This document shows positions 24,875-43,172 of a stretch of DNA of 64,000 bases, one piece after another. The notes below the pieces were generated by a model. That model was not told the DNA's origin. It did no database searches and worked only from the letters and a program-made list of their open reading frames with translations. The translations under genes were made by a program, and so were the position numbers. The DNA comes from the human T2T-CHM13v2.0 reference genome, Homo sapiens. Location: NCBI RefSeq assembly GCF_009914755.1, contig NC_060947.1. One strand, written 5' to 3'. Position 1 is the stretch's first letter, and every line of letters begins with the position of its first letter.

Positions 24875-27206
24875 TGATATGGTTTGGCTCTGTGTTCCCA
24901 CCCAAATCCCATCTCAAATTGTAATCCCCACGTGTTAAGGGAGGGACCTGGTGGGAGGTAACTGGACCATGACGGCAGTCTCTCCCATGCTGTTCTTGTG
25001 ATAGTGAGTGAGTTCTCACAAGAGCTGACAGTTTTAAAGTGGGGCACTTCCGCTCTCTCTTTCCTGCTGCTATGTAAGATGTGCCTTGCTTTTCCTTCAC
25101 CTTCTGCCATAATTGTAAGTTTCCTGAGGCCTACCCAGCCATGTGGAACTGTGAGTCAATTAAACCTTTCTTCTTCATAAATTACCCAGTCTCAGGTAGT
25201 TCTTTATAGCAGTGTGAAAACAGACTAATATAGAAAATTGGTATTGGGAGTGGGGCACTGCTATAAAGATAACCTGAAAATGTGGAAGTGACTTTGGAAC
25301 TGGGTAACAGGCAGAGGTTGGAACAGTTTGGAGGGCTCAGAAGAGACAGGAAGATGTGGGGAAGTTTGGAACTTCCTAGAGACTTGTTGAATTGTTTTGA
25401 CCAACATGCTGATTGATGGTGTTATGGACAATGAAGTCCACGCTGCGGTGGTCTCAGATAGAATGAAGAACTTATTGGGAACTGGAGCAAAGGTCACTCT
25501 TGCTATGCTTTAGCGAAGAGACTGGTGGCATTGCCCCTGCCCTAGAGGTCTGTGGAACTTTGAACTTAAGAGATGATTTAGTATATCTGGCAGAAGAAAC
25601 TTCTGAGCAGCAAAGTGTTAAAGAAGTGACCTGGCTTTTTCTAAAAGCGTACAGTATATGCATTCACAAAAAGATGATTTGAAATTGGAACTTATGTTTA
25701 AAAGGGAAGTAGAGCATAAAAGTTTGGAAAATTTGCAGCCTGAGCATGCAGTAGAAGAGAAAAACCCATTTTCTGGGGAGAAATTCAAGCCTGCTATAGA
25801 AATTTGCATAAGTAACGAGGAGCCAAATGCTAATCACCAAGACAATGGGGAAAACATCTCCAAGGCATTTCAAAGATCTTCATGGCAGCCCCTCCCATCA
25901 CAAGCTGGAGGCCTAGGAGGGAAAAATGGCTTGGGCCGGGCCCAAGGCCCCACTGCATTGTGCAGCCTCAGGACATGGTGCCCTGCATCCCAGCCACTCC
26001 AGCTCCAGCCATGGCTAAAAGGGAAAAACGTACAGCTCAGGCCATTGCTTCAGAGGGTGCAAGCCTCAAACCTTGGTGGCTTATCACATGATGTTGAGCC
26101 TGTGCACAGCAGATAAGAGCTGAGGTTTAGGAACCTCTGCCTAGATTTCAGAGGAGGTATGGAAATGCCTGGATGTCCAGGCAGAATTCTGCTGCAGGGC
26201 AGAGGCCTAATGGAGAACCTCTACTAGGGCAGTTTGGAAGGGAAACGTGAGGTCAGAGATCCCACACAGAGTCCCCATTGGGGCACTGCCTATTGGAGCT
26301 GTGAGAAGAGGGCCACCATCATCCAGACCCCAGAATGGTAGATCCACTGACAGCTTGCACTGTACAACCTGGAAAAGCCACAGGCATTCAATGCCAGCCC
26401 ATGAAAGCAGCCATGGGGGCTGTACCCTACAGAGCCACAGGGGTGGAGCTGCCCAAGGCCTTCGGAGCCCCTCCTGCATCACTATGCCCTGGATGTGAGA
26501 CATGGAGTCAAAGGAGATTGTTTTGGAGCTTTAAGATTTAATGAATACCCTTCTGGGTTTCAGATTTGCATTGGGCCTATGGCCCCTTTGTTTTGGCCAA
26601 TTTCTCTTATTTGGAATGGGAACATTTACCCAATGCCCATACCCCCATTGTATCTTAAGAGTAACTAGCTTGTTTTTGATTTTACAGGCTCATAGGCAGA
26701 GGGAACTTGCCTGGTCTCAGATGGGACTTTGGAATTGGGCTTTTGAGTTAATGCTGGAATGAGTTAAGACTTTGGGGAATTGTTAGGAAGGCATGATTGG
26801 TTTTGAAATGTGAAAAGGACATGAGATTTGGGAGGGGCTGGGGCAGAATGATATGGTTTGGCTCTGTGTCCCACCCAAATCTCATCTTGAATTGTAATCC
26901 CCATGTGTCAAGGGAGGGACCTGGTGGGAGGTGACTGAATCATGGTGGCAGTTTCCCCCATGCTTTTCTCATGATAGTGAGTGAGTTCTCACAAGAGCTC
27001 ATGGTTTTAAAGTGTAGCACTTCCTCACTTTCTCTCTCTCTTCTGCTGCCACGTAAGATGTTCCTTGCTTTCCCTTCACCTTCTAGATGATTGTAAGTTT
27101 CCTGAGGCCTCCCCAGCCATGGGAAACTGTGAGTCAATTCAACCTTTTTTCTTCATAAATTACACAGTCTCAGGTAGTTCTTTATAGCAGTGTGAAAATG
27201 AATATA
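24875..27206 (+). mobile_element. Full-structure THE1D-like MaLR element (LTR ~24875-25231, internal region, LTR ~26849-27206)
   Basis: Two direct LTRs flanking ~1.6 kb of THE1-int; TSD ccctc/cccta. Confidence 0.95.
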
Positions 27207-27524
27207 CCCTATACCAGGACTTGCTCATATAATAGGGGTGTCAATCTAGAAGAAACAGGCCGCTCTTGCTACATTCAGCTCCAGTGCAATGATCCACAGC
27301 TTCTGCCCAGAGGGAGAGGCAGGTAATAAAAACAGAAGGCTTTAGCAGTTCTGCCTGAGGGGATTGACTTTATTTGGAACAGAATATGGAGAAGTTTATG
27401 TCTGACAATGTTATTAAATCAATGGAGATCTTGGTGAGCAATTTCAAGAAGGCTGGTAGCTCTGTGATACTAGTGAAATGCAAACTGATCAGAAGTTTAA
27501 AAGACAGAGCCATAGAAATAGCCC

Positions 27525-27830
<306 letters not shown>

Positions 27831-29567
27831 TCACCAACATCACTGGACATCTGAAAGCCTGTGTGCATAAGCTAGGCTACACCTAATCAGAAGCAATCAG
27901 AGTTAGAAGGAAGGCAGACTTGAAAGTATTCTCCAAGCCACACACAGATCCATTAGATCAAGGGGCTTTTGCACAACTCCTGATGAAACACTGGCTGAAC
28001 AATAGGCTATTCTGACCCAAGGGCTGCTTCTAGGAATTCAGGTCTAAAAACAAAGTAAAACTAATCCCTAGTGGTCTGGTACATTGTGTGCATGCCCAAG
28101 GCTGCACCCTCATAGAAAAGACCAGAGAGAGAACATCTGGCTAAATGTAAAAAAAAATCATAAACACCCTCAACTGTGAAAACAAACTCAAAGCTACAAA
28201 TACATGCAAAAGTAAAGAGTCTAACTGACTAAGGGGAGTAATCATAACCTTTGGTGATTAAATGGTTCATGTGCACCCAAGGGTGACCCCTAAGAAGACA
28301 GGATAAAAAATAAGAACAAAGAAAAAAAATTGGGGAATGGATATTAGAGGCTGCATACACTACTGGAAATAGACTATCAAGTCAAAAAATAAACAGACAA
28401 CCAAACAAATAACAGCAAGTCCCAAAAATTGGGGGTGGGGGTGGGAGATGGTCATTACTTAAAGCTGCTACACATATCATTGATGTGGAAAAGAGATCAC
28501 ATATTATTTTAAATGTCCAGTTTTCAAAAGAAATTACAATATATGAAACAAAGAGGAAAGCACAGCCCATACATAGGAAGAAAAGCAGGCAAAAGAAACT
28601 GCTTTTGACAGAGTCCAAATGTTGGACTTACCCAAGACTATAAAGCAGCTATTATAAATATGTTTAAACAACTGAAAGAAAGCATGCTTGAAGAATGAAA
28701 GAAAAGTATGATAAAAATTCATCAAATAGAGAATAGAAAAAGAGACAGAAATTATAAACAAGATAGCATTCTGGAGTTGAAAATAGAATAATCCAAATGA
28801 AATATTCACTAGAGATTTAAGTTGGCAGAAGAAAGAATCAATAAACTTGAATACAGATGAATAGAGATTATACAAAATGAACAGAAAAAAATAAAGAGAA
28901 ACAGAGCGTCAGAGAAATATGGTACACCATTAAGCACACAAACATACATATATTACAAGTACCATAAGGAGAGGAAATAAAGAGACTCAGAAAAATTAGA
29001 AAAATAATGACAATAACCTTCTCATATTTGATGGACAAGGCTAACTTACAAATCCAAAAGGTTCAACAAACTCCAGTAGAAGAAACTCAATGATCCACAC
29101 CCAGATGCATCATATTTAAAATATTAAAACTAAAGATAAAGAAAAAATCTTGAGAGCATCAAGCAAAACACTACTAATCATATCTAAAGGAAACCCCAAT
29201 AAGACTAACAGTGAACTTCTCAATAGAAAAATATGGAGAACAAAATTAGTGGGATAACAAATTTAAAGTGCTGAATGAAAAAAAAATACATCAACCAAGT
29301 ATCATATACTCAGTAACTATCTTTCAAAAATGAAGGCAAAATAATGATGTTCCCATATAATAAAAACCTGAAAGAATTCATTGCTAATAGACCTGACTTA
29401 CAAGAAAATCTAAAGGAAATTCTTCAGGCTAAATCAAAGTGACACCAGAGAGTAATTTGAATTTTCATGAAAAACAAAGCATTGTGTTAAAGGTTAATTG
29501 TGTAGGTAGTGACAAGGAATATATTTCTTTACCTTTTATCTCTTAACTGATTTAAAAAGCAATTGCA

Positions 29568-30226
<659 letters not shown>

Positions 30227-32715
30227 CTACAAAATTTATTGTTGGGCCTATAACATATAGAAATTTAATACATATGACAATAACACCACATAGGAGGGGC
30301 GTCAGAATGAAGCTGTATTGGAGTAAGAAAACGATACCCAATGGTAACTCAAGTACACAGAAAGAAATGGTGAGAATAAAAAATGGTAAATGAGAAGGTT
30401 ATTTTTTAAAAGCCATAAAGATATTTATGTTCTCTTTTCCTCTCTTCTTTAAAAGATATAAGGTTATATAAAATGATAATTATAAAATATATTATTGGGA
30501 GATTGAGTTCTGGCATTACAATATGAGGTGCTCTGTTGACTCTGTCGCATTAAAACAGGTGAACCATTTAAAGCCTCTGGAAATGGTCCTAAGGGCAAAA
30601 CAGAAAATGAAGAAATATTTATTGAAGAAAATCCATAGAAATTTGGTTTAAAAAAAAAAAAGCAAGTCTGTGGTATCTGAACAAAAACTGCCCCCTCTAT
30701 CCCCTCTTTCCCTCTCTCCTTCTTCCACCCAGCCTAGTGATCTGGGGACTCCACTCCACACTGCTGCAGCTAAGAACACAGAACTCCTTCTCCCCTCAGC
30801 TCCCAGCCAGCAGGCTTTCTTCTGAAGGGAACAGGACTTCAGCATTTCTCATTTGTCCCTAAGCTGTCTGTGGCTGAGAATAAGTTCCAGGTGACTGAGG
30901 TCAAGAGATGGGGATCCTGTCTTCCATCCAATCCCCACTCATGGAAGAGAGGATCTACCATGGTCATGGTGTGTTATGAACACCAGAGCTCCAATAGCCC
31001 TTCTCTCAGTTCTGAGATTGTAGTTCCACACCAGAAAAGGCAAACCAAGAGGACCTCAGGCTAGTGACACCTCTCCACCTAGCACTCAGCTCCTACAGTT
31101 GTGAAAGTCATGCACAAAGTCAAGTCAGCTCCTACAATTGCCATTGTCCCTACCAGAGCCCAGAGATTTTACCTAAGGGGAGAAGCAGCCTATAAAAATG
31201 GATAGCTACTAATCTCTTTTCAGAGAGGCTGACTTCATTTGCAAGAGAGCATGGATAAGTGTAAACCTAAAAACACTCTAAAAAAAATTGGAGGTTATGA
31301 TAAAGAAAATTGGGAGTAGACTCATGAATCTAATGAAGATACAGCCAAGACTATAGGCTGGCTAGTTTGCAGGAGAGAATTGGAGAATAAGACAGCTGGT
31401 AGGAGCCTTCCTGTGGTCCGAAAAAAGTATCAAACACTGACCTCAGAAACTATTTCCTGAAAAGAGCCACACTCAGATTAGATAAATTTGTAGAAGAATT
31501 CTTGTCCTAGGGAGTTGTTGTAAACAACAGAATAATTGGCCTTCAATTGGTAGAACTTAACAGCTGGGTGTGGCCAAGGAAAGAGGATAACAGCCCTGCC
31601 AGTACCACCACAGTCATTCCAGGGTGATTGTGGGCACACCCAAAGTTGTGCCTAAATGAGGGGCAACATCAAAGATTTAAGACTGCGTGTGTGCTGGAGG
31701 GGTAAACTTCACTAAAATAATCCAGCCAATTACTAAACAGATAAGCAAATAACAATAACAAGCTCCAGAAGGGAAGGGCTAGTATCCAGAGTTGGTACCA
31801 GAAAACAAGAGTACACTAAACTCAAATCAAGTAGAAGGAAGGAAATAATAAAAATCAGAACAGAAATTAATAAAACAGAGAATGGAAAAACAATAGAAAA
31901 AATCAATAAAACCAAAAGGTAGTTCTTTGAAAAGATCAGAAAACTGACAACTCTTTGGCTAGTTTGACCAGAAAAAAAGCAAGACTCAATTACTAGAATC
32001 AAAAATTGAAGGGAGAATTACTACTGACTTTACAGAACTAAAAAGCTTATAAAGGAATACTAAGGACAATTATATGCCAACAGATTAGATAACTTAGATG
32101 AAATGGACAAATTTCTAGGAAGACAGAAACTACCAACACAGACCCAAGAAGTAACAGATAACCTTAACAAGTGAAGAGACTGAATAAGTAATAAAAAGAC
32201 TATCCACAAAGATAAGCCTAGGCCCAGATATCTTCACTGCTGAATTCTACTAAACATTCAAAGAGGAATTAATATAAATTCTTAAAAAACTCTTCAAGAG
32301 AAAAAGCAGATGAGGAAGAAATACTTTCCAAATCATTTCATGAGGCCAATATTACCCTGACTCCAAAGCTAGACAAAGATATCACAAGAAACCTATACAA
32401 CAATGTCTTATTTATATGGATGCAAAAACCTTCAAGAAAATTCTAGCAAACTGAATGTAGCAACATATACAAAGAATTATAAAACATGGCAAGTGGTATT
32501 TATCTGAGAGATGCAGAGTTGGCTGAACATCTGAAAATCAATTAATGTAATACATCATATCAATAGAATAAAAACCAAACAATCAATGACCACCTTAATC
32601 AACACAGAAAGAGCATTTGACAAAATCCAATACTTCTTCATGATAAAACCCTGAATAACATGGAATAGAAGAGAACTTCCTCAATTTGATAAGGGCTTCT
32701 ATGACAAATCCACAC

Positions 32716-33091
32716 TGCCATCATTTAAATGTGTACCCCCAGAGCATTACATTTTGGAAACTTAATCCCAATGCAAGGTGTTCAGATGTGGGGCCTAAAA
32801 GGAAGTGATTAGGTCATGAGGGCATTGCCCTTATGAATAAATTAATGCTGTTATCACTAGATTGAGTTCCTTATAAAAAAATGAGTTCATCCAACTCTTG
32901 CTGTCTCTCATGCATGCCCTCTCTTTGCCCTTCCACCATGGAATGATACAGCAAGAAAGCCCTCACCAGATGCTGCCCCTCAATCTTGAACTTCCCAGCC
33001 TCAAAAACTGTGAGCCAATAAATTTCTGTTTATTATAAATTAGCTAGTCTCTGCTATTCTGTTATACTCACACAAAACTGGCTATGATACA
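32716..33091 (+). mobile_element. MSTD-like solo LTR
   Basis: ggaaacttaatcccaatgc...gccctcaccagatgc...gagccaataaatttctg. Confidence 0.85.
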
Positions 33092-33784
33092 TATAATGAA
33101 AGACTACAAGCTTTCCTTTTAAGATTAGAAAAATGATAAGAATGTCCACTTTCGTCAAATCCACTCAACATTGTACTAGATATTCTAGCCAGAGAAATTA
33201 GCCAAGAAAAGGAAATTTAAGACATCCAAATTGGAAAGGAAGAAATAAAACTTTCTCTTTTCAAGAATGGCATGATCTTATATATAGAAAATCCTAAGGA
33301 ATCCACTAAAAATCTACTAAAATAATAAATAAGGTCAAAAAGTTTGCAAGGTATAAGATCAATATACTGAAATGAGTTGTATTTTTATCTGCTTGCAATA
33401 AACAATCTGAAAATGACATTGAGCATAACAATTCTATTTCCAATACCATAAAAAGAATAACATACTTTGGAATAAATTTTTAAAAACGAAGTACAAAACT
33501 TACACTCTGAAAACTACTAAATATTGTTGAAAGAAATTAAAGGTCTAAATAAATGAAAAACTACACTACATTCATAAATTCAAAGACCTAACATTTTTAA
33601 GATGGCAGTACTTCCCAAACTGAGCTATACATTTGAAGCAATTCCTACTAGAATCTCAGCTGACTTGTTTGTACAAATTGACAAGCTGATTCAAAAATTC
33701 ATATGGGACCCAGAATTACAAGGGACCCAGAATACTGAAAACAATCCAGAAAAAGAAGAATAAAGTACGAGGGCTCACACTTCT

Positions 33785-34483
<699 letters not shown>

Positions 34484-35146
34484 CTTCCCAATTTAAAACT
34501 TATTTAAAAACAACAGAAAGCAAGACAGTCTTGTAATGGCACAAGGATAGACACACAGAGCAATGGAATGGCATTGAGAGTTCAGAAATAGACCGATAAA
34601 CCTATGTTTAACTGATGTTTGACAAGGGTGCCAAGACAATTCAATAGAAAATGAATCATCTTTTAAACAAATGTTGCAGGGACAATAGGATACCCATATG
34701 CAAAAAGACTTAAACTGGATCCCTATGTCACACTGTATACAAAAATTCACTCAAAATTATCAAAGACTTAAATGTGAACAATAAAACTACTAGAAGAAAA
34801 AGCAGGTAAACCTTAATGACTTTTGATTTGGTACAGGATTCTTAGGTATGATACCAAAAGCATGAGTAGCAAAAGAAAAAATAGATCAATTGGACTGCAT
34901 AAAATGTAAAAGTTTTGAGCTTCAAAAGACACTATAAAGTGAAAAGGCAACCCACAGAACAGGAGAATTTATTTTAAAACCATATATCTGATAAGGGATA
35001 GTATCTGGATATGTAAAGAAAATTAGAACTCAATGATAAAGAGAAAAACAAGTCAATGAAAAAAAAACAGACAAAGGATATGAGTAGACATTTATCCAAA
35101 CAATATATATAAATGGCCAACAAACACATGAAAAGATGATTAACGT

Positions 35147-35466
<320 letters not shown>

Positions 35467-35555
35467 TTAGCCATCGGGGGAAAATGCTTATCAAAACCAC
35501 AATGAGATACCACTTCATGGCTAGAATCAAAGAATCAGGTAACAACAAGCATTAG

Positions 35556-35614
35556 TGAAGATATGGATAAATAAAAACCCTCACACACAGGGTTTTTATT
35601 TCTCCATATCTTCA
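35556..35614. repeat. 59-nt hairpin: 26-bp stem (1 mismatch), 7-nt loop
   Basis: tgaagatatggataaataaaaaccct-cacacac-agggtttttatttctccatatcttca. Confidence 0.95.
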
Positions 35615-35669
35615 TACATGCTAGGTGCTAGGAATGTAAAATAATCCAGCCACTGTGGAAAGCAGTCTA

Positions 35670-36294
35670 ATTTTTATTTTTATTTTAAGTTCTGGGGTTC
35701 ATGTGCAGGATATGCAGGTTTCTTACATAGGTAAACGTGTGCCATGGTGGTTTGCTGCACCTATCAACCCATCACCTAGGTATTAAGCCCAGCGTGCATT
35801 AGCTGTTTTTCCTAACGCTCTCCATCTCCCCAGCATACCCCCCAACAAGCCCCAATATGTGTTGTTCTCCTCCCTGTGTCCATGTGTTCTCATTGTTCAG
35901 CTCCCACTTATAAGTGAAAACATGCAGTGTTTGGATTTCTGTTCCTGCATTAGTTTGCTGAGGATAATGGCTTTCAGCTCCATCCATGTCCCTGCAAAGG
36001 ACATGATATCATTTCTTTTTATGGCTGCACAGTATTCCTACCACATTTTCTTTATCCAGTCTATCGCTGATGGGCATTTAGGTTGATTCTATGTCTTCGC
36101 TATTATGAATAGTGCTGCAATAAACATTCATTTGCATGTCTCTATAGTAGAATGATTTACATTCCTTTGGGTATATACCCAGTAGTGGGATTGCTGGGTC
36201 AAATGGTACTTCTGCTTTTAGGTCTTTGAGGAATTGCCACACTGTCTTCCACAATGGTTGAATTAGTTTACATTCCCGCCAACAGTATAAAAGC
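35670..36294 (-). mobile_element. L1PA (about PA7-10) 3' fragment
   Basis: Antisense 3'UTR and ORF2 end ([32 protein letters not shown]). Confidence 0.92.
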
Positions 36295-37021
36295 AATAAA
36301 TCTGTTTTAAAAAGAGGAAGTAACAGTAGTTACTGGTGAAGACCAGTATGTCTTGCAAAATGTACTTTGGAAAATGATTAAGTGTATAAGTATTCTGTAG
36401 AATGAAATATGTACTAAAGTTGCATCTTGGATTTTCAAAAGAATATTTTGTTGTGTTTGCACCATATGTAAACATAATACGTATAAAATAATAGACAACA
36501 GGGAAATGAATGGAACTATATAAAAGTAAATGTAAAATATATTATAAGAATTAACTTACTATAAATATGAAGTATATTCTGATAACTTATGATGTATATC
36601 ATAAGTGCCAAAACAACCACAATGAGAATAACTTGAAAATAGTTGAAAATCATTGAAAAATTAAAACGGTACACTAGAAAATATTCATTAAATACAAAAG
36701 GGGATAGTAAAGGAGGTACAAAGGAACAAAGTAGTCATGACACATACAGAAAAAAACCAACAAAATAAATTCCACCAAATCAATGACATTAAATTTAAGT
36801 GGATTAAATAACCCAGTCAAAAGGCATAGACTGTCAGATTGGATAAGAAAACAAGATATAACTGCATGCTATCTACAAGACACATATTTATATATTTAAA
36901 TACAAACAGATTGGAAGTTTAAAAAATGGAGAAAGATGTACCACGCAGAGTAACCATAAGAGAGTTGAAGTGGCTATACTAATATTAGACAAAATGGACT
37001 TTATGACAAAAACTGTTATGA

Positions 37022-39754
<2,733 letters not shown>

Positions 39755-40247
39755 AAAAACTGTTATGAGAGATAAATAAGCATATTTTATAATGATAAAA
39801 GGGTCAATCAATTGGGAAGATAAAACAATTACATGAACATCCAAACAAAAAGCCACAAAAGATATGAAGCAAAAACTGACAAAATTAAAAGGAAGTATAG
39901 GCAACTCAACAATGATAGCAGGGGACTCTAATGCTCCACTTTCAATAAAAGACAGAATAACCAGGCAGAAAACTAACAAAGATGTAGGTTACTTGAACAA
40001 CAGTCTTGACTTATACCAATCAGACCTGACAGACATGTATAGAGCACCTTAGCCTAGAACTGTAGAATACATTCCTCCAAAGCACACATGGAACATCACT
40101 AAGATAGGCCATATGTTAGGGTATAAAATAGTCTCAAAAAATGTAAAACAATTGAAATTATAGAAATGTGTGATATCAACAATGAAATTAAATGAGAAAA
40201 TAACAAAGCCATTTGAAAACATGCAAATATACAAAATTAAATACACT

Positions 40248-41018
40248 TTTTACTTCTATTGTCTGCTCTTTTGGGGTCATATCCAAAAAAGTGTTACCCA
40301 GACCAGTGTTGTACAGCTTTCCCCCTATATTTTATGGTTTCAGGTCTTATATTTAAGTCTTTAATCTATTTTGAGTTGATTTCTGTAGATGGTGGGACGT
40401 AAGTATCCAATTTCATTCTTCTGTATGTGGACAACCAGTTTTCCCAACACCATTTATTGAAGAAACTGTCCTTTCTTCATTGTATGTCCTTGATGCCTTT
40501 GTTGAAAATCAATTGATTGTAAATGTATGGGTGTATTTCTGGGCTTTATGTCCCTACAGTTGGTCCATGTGTCTGTTTTTATGCCAGTACCATGCTGTTT
40601 TGATTATAATCACTTTATAATACCGGCTCTCACTTATATATGGAATCTAAAAACTTGAATTCATAGAAATAGAGAGTAGAATGGTGGTTACTAGAGGCTG
40701 AGAAGGGGAAGGGAAGAGCGGGGAAAGGGGCAATGGGGTGTTGTCCAACAAATAATACAAAGTTTAAGATAGAAGTAAGTTTTGAGAGCTATGCACAGCA
40801 GGGTGACTAGAGTCAATAATCATATTATATATTTCAAAATAACTAAGAGTAAATTTCAAATATCTCATGATAAAAATAATAGGTAAATGAGGTGATATAT
40901 ATGTTAATTTGTTTTATTTAATCATTCCACATATATGAAAACATCACATTATATCCCATAAGTGTATACAATTATGATTTGTCATTAAAAATATTAATTT
41001 AAAAATAAATAAAAATTA
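40248..41018 (+). mobile_element. 5'-inverted L1MA (antisense ORF2 piece plus sense 3'UTR)
   Basis: Antisense 40248-40622, sense 40623-41018 with A-rich tail. Confidence 0.8.
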
Positions 41019-42526
41019 AGGGCATTCTTAGAGTGTGAAATAGTATCTCACTGTGGTTTCGACTTGCATTTCCCTAATGACTAATGATATTGAGCACCTT
41101 TTCATGTGCTTTTGGTCATTTGTATAACATTTTTGGTAGGATGCTAGCTGTGGGATTTTAATAGATGCTCTTTATCACGTCAAAGAAATTTTCTTATCTC
41201 CCTAATTTGTTGTAGGTTGTTACCTGAGTGTTTCCCAGGTTTTTTATATTACTTCATCTAGTGAAATGATCATGTTTTTGCCTTTTATTCCATTAATGTG
41301 TTACATTTATTAATTTTTAAGTGTTAAACCAAACTTTCAATCCTATTTATATGTTATAAACATATTTTATATGCTAATATAGTTTTATAATGGTTGCTTT
41401 CTAATCTAGTGTCTTTAGAAAAAGCTAAAAGATGGGAGAAAAATACATATTATAATTTTTAAGAAAAATGTATGTAATTATAAACAATCTTATTTGCCAC
41501 TTCTAATATTCTTTTTGTGTATGAAATTACTCTCTGGTTTCATTTCCTTACTCTATTATACCTCCTTTCACTTCCCCCCTGCTTTGTGCTATTATTGTCA
41601 ATATTATACTGTTTTATGCTGTTGCTTTTTAAATATATGCTTATATTTTCAAATAGTTTTAGATTTAAGACAAATTTCTAAGATACTATAGAGATTTACC
41701 ATCCACCTCACACACAATGCCCTATATGTTATTAACAACTTATATTAGTATGGTACATTTGTAATAATTAACTAATACCGATACACTTATATCATTAACC
41801 AAACTCCATACTTCATTCAATTTTCCTTAGTTTTTTCCTCATGTTCTTTTTCTTTGGTTCCAGGATCCCAACCAGCATATGACATTACATTTAGTTGGCA
41901 TATCTCTTTAGGCTCTTCTTTGCAGTGACAGTTTTTGACTTTCCTTGTTTTTGATGACCATGTCAGTTTCCAGTAGTACTGGTCAGGTATTTTGTAGAAT
42001 AATCCTCGATTAGTATTTCTCTGCTGGTTTCTTCATAATTGGAGTGGGGTTATGAATTTTTCGGGGGGGGGGCAATCACAGAAGTGAAATACCATTTTCA
42101 TCACAGCATATCAAGGAACACACTACCAACATGACTTATCTCATTGATGTTAACCTTGGTTTTCTGGCTAAGGTAGTGTTTGCCAGCTTTCTTCACTTAA
42201 ATTACAATTTTTTCCTTTCCATACTGTATTCTTTCAAGGAAGTCACTATGCACAGGCCCCACTTAAACAGTGAGAAGTTATGCTCTATGTCCTTGAGGAC
42301 AGAGTAGTAACATAAATCATTTGGAATTCTTCTGCATAAAATGTTTGTATGGTTCTCCCCATTTATTTATTTAACCCATATGGACTCATGGACATAAAAT
42401 AAATATCTTGGATTATAATCTATTAGTACTTTATTGATTTACTTTTTTTCTCAAGTTGTTCCAGCTTTGGCCATTGGGACCTCTTTCAATTGACTCCAGT
42501 GTCCTTTTGACATAACCCATTCAGTA

Positions 42527-42551
42527 GTGTGTGTGTGTGTGTGTGTGTGTG
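42527..42551. repeat. (TG)n microsatellite
   Basis: Perfect run of about 12 units. Confidence 0.95.
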
Positions 42552-42867
42552 CACTTTAGTACTTCCTTACTTCCTGGCACTACGAGATTCTCCAGACTCA
42601 TGTAGTTCCTGATCCAGTCCTAGAACCAGCCATTTTTTCAAGGATCCCTGGTTCCTTTCATTGAAAAATGGTATTAGAATCCAAGTTCTGGGCACTAGTT
42701 GTGTTCACTGCTGCTTCAGTATGGTTTTGTTTTTCAAATCAACTAAGAGAAGAGGGAGAAGGAATATGTAATTACACTGTCTTAATCACTACACAATTAC
42801 CTTTACCAGGGCTCTTTATGGATTCAAATTATTGTCTGTTGTCACTTTCTTTCAGCTTGAAGGATTT

Positions 42868-43172
42868 CTTTTTATTTATTTATGTTTTTGAGACAGGGCC
42901 TCACTCTATCACCCAGGCTAGAGTGCAGTGGTGTGATCATGGCTCACTGCAGCCTTAACCCGGGCTCAAGCGACCCCCACACCCCACCTCAGCTTCCTGA
43001 GTAGCTCAGACTATAGGCACGTGCCACTACACCCCGCTAATTTTAAAATTTTTTGTAGAGATGGGGCCCACTATGTTGCCCAGGCTGGTCTGGAACTCCT
43101 GGGCTCAAGCGATCTTCTTGCCTTGGCCTCCCAAAGTGCTGGGATTACAGGCACGAGTTACTGCCCCCAGAC
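42868..43172 (-). mobile_element. AluJ
   Basis: gagacagggcctcactct...cctgggctcaagcgatc. Confidence 0.93.

Noticed and set aside
25500-26762. Several overlapping ORFs up to 152 aa
   Set aside because: Fragments of the THE1 internal region, broken by frameshifts and stops.
31085-31140. 16-bp direct repeat tcagctcctaca(g/a)ttg
   Set aside because: Small slippage-type repeat in a decayed L1 5' region; no further structure.
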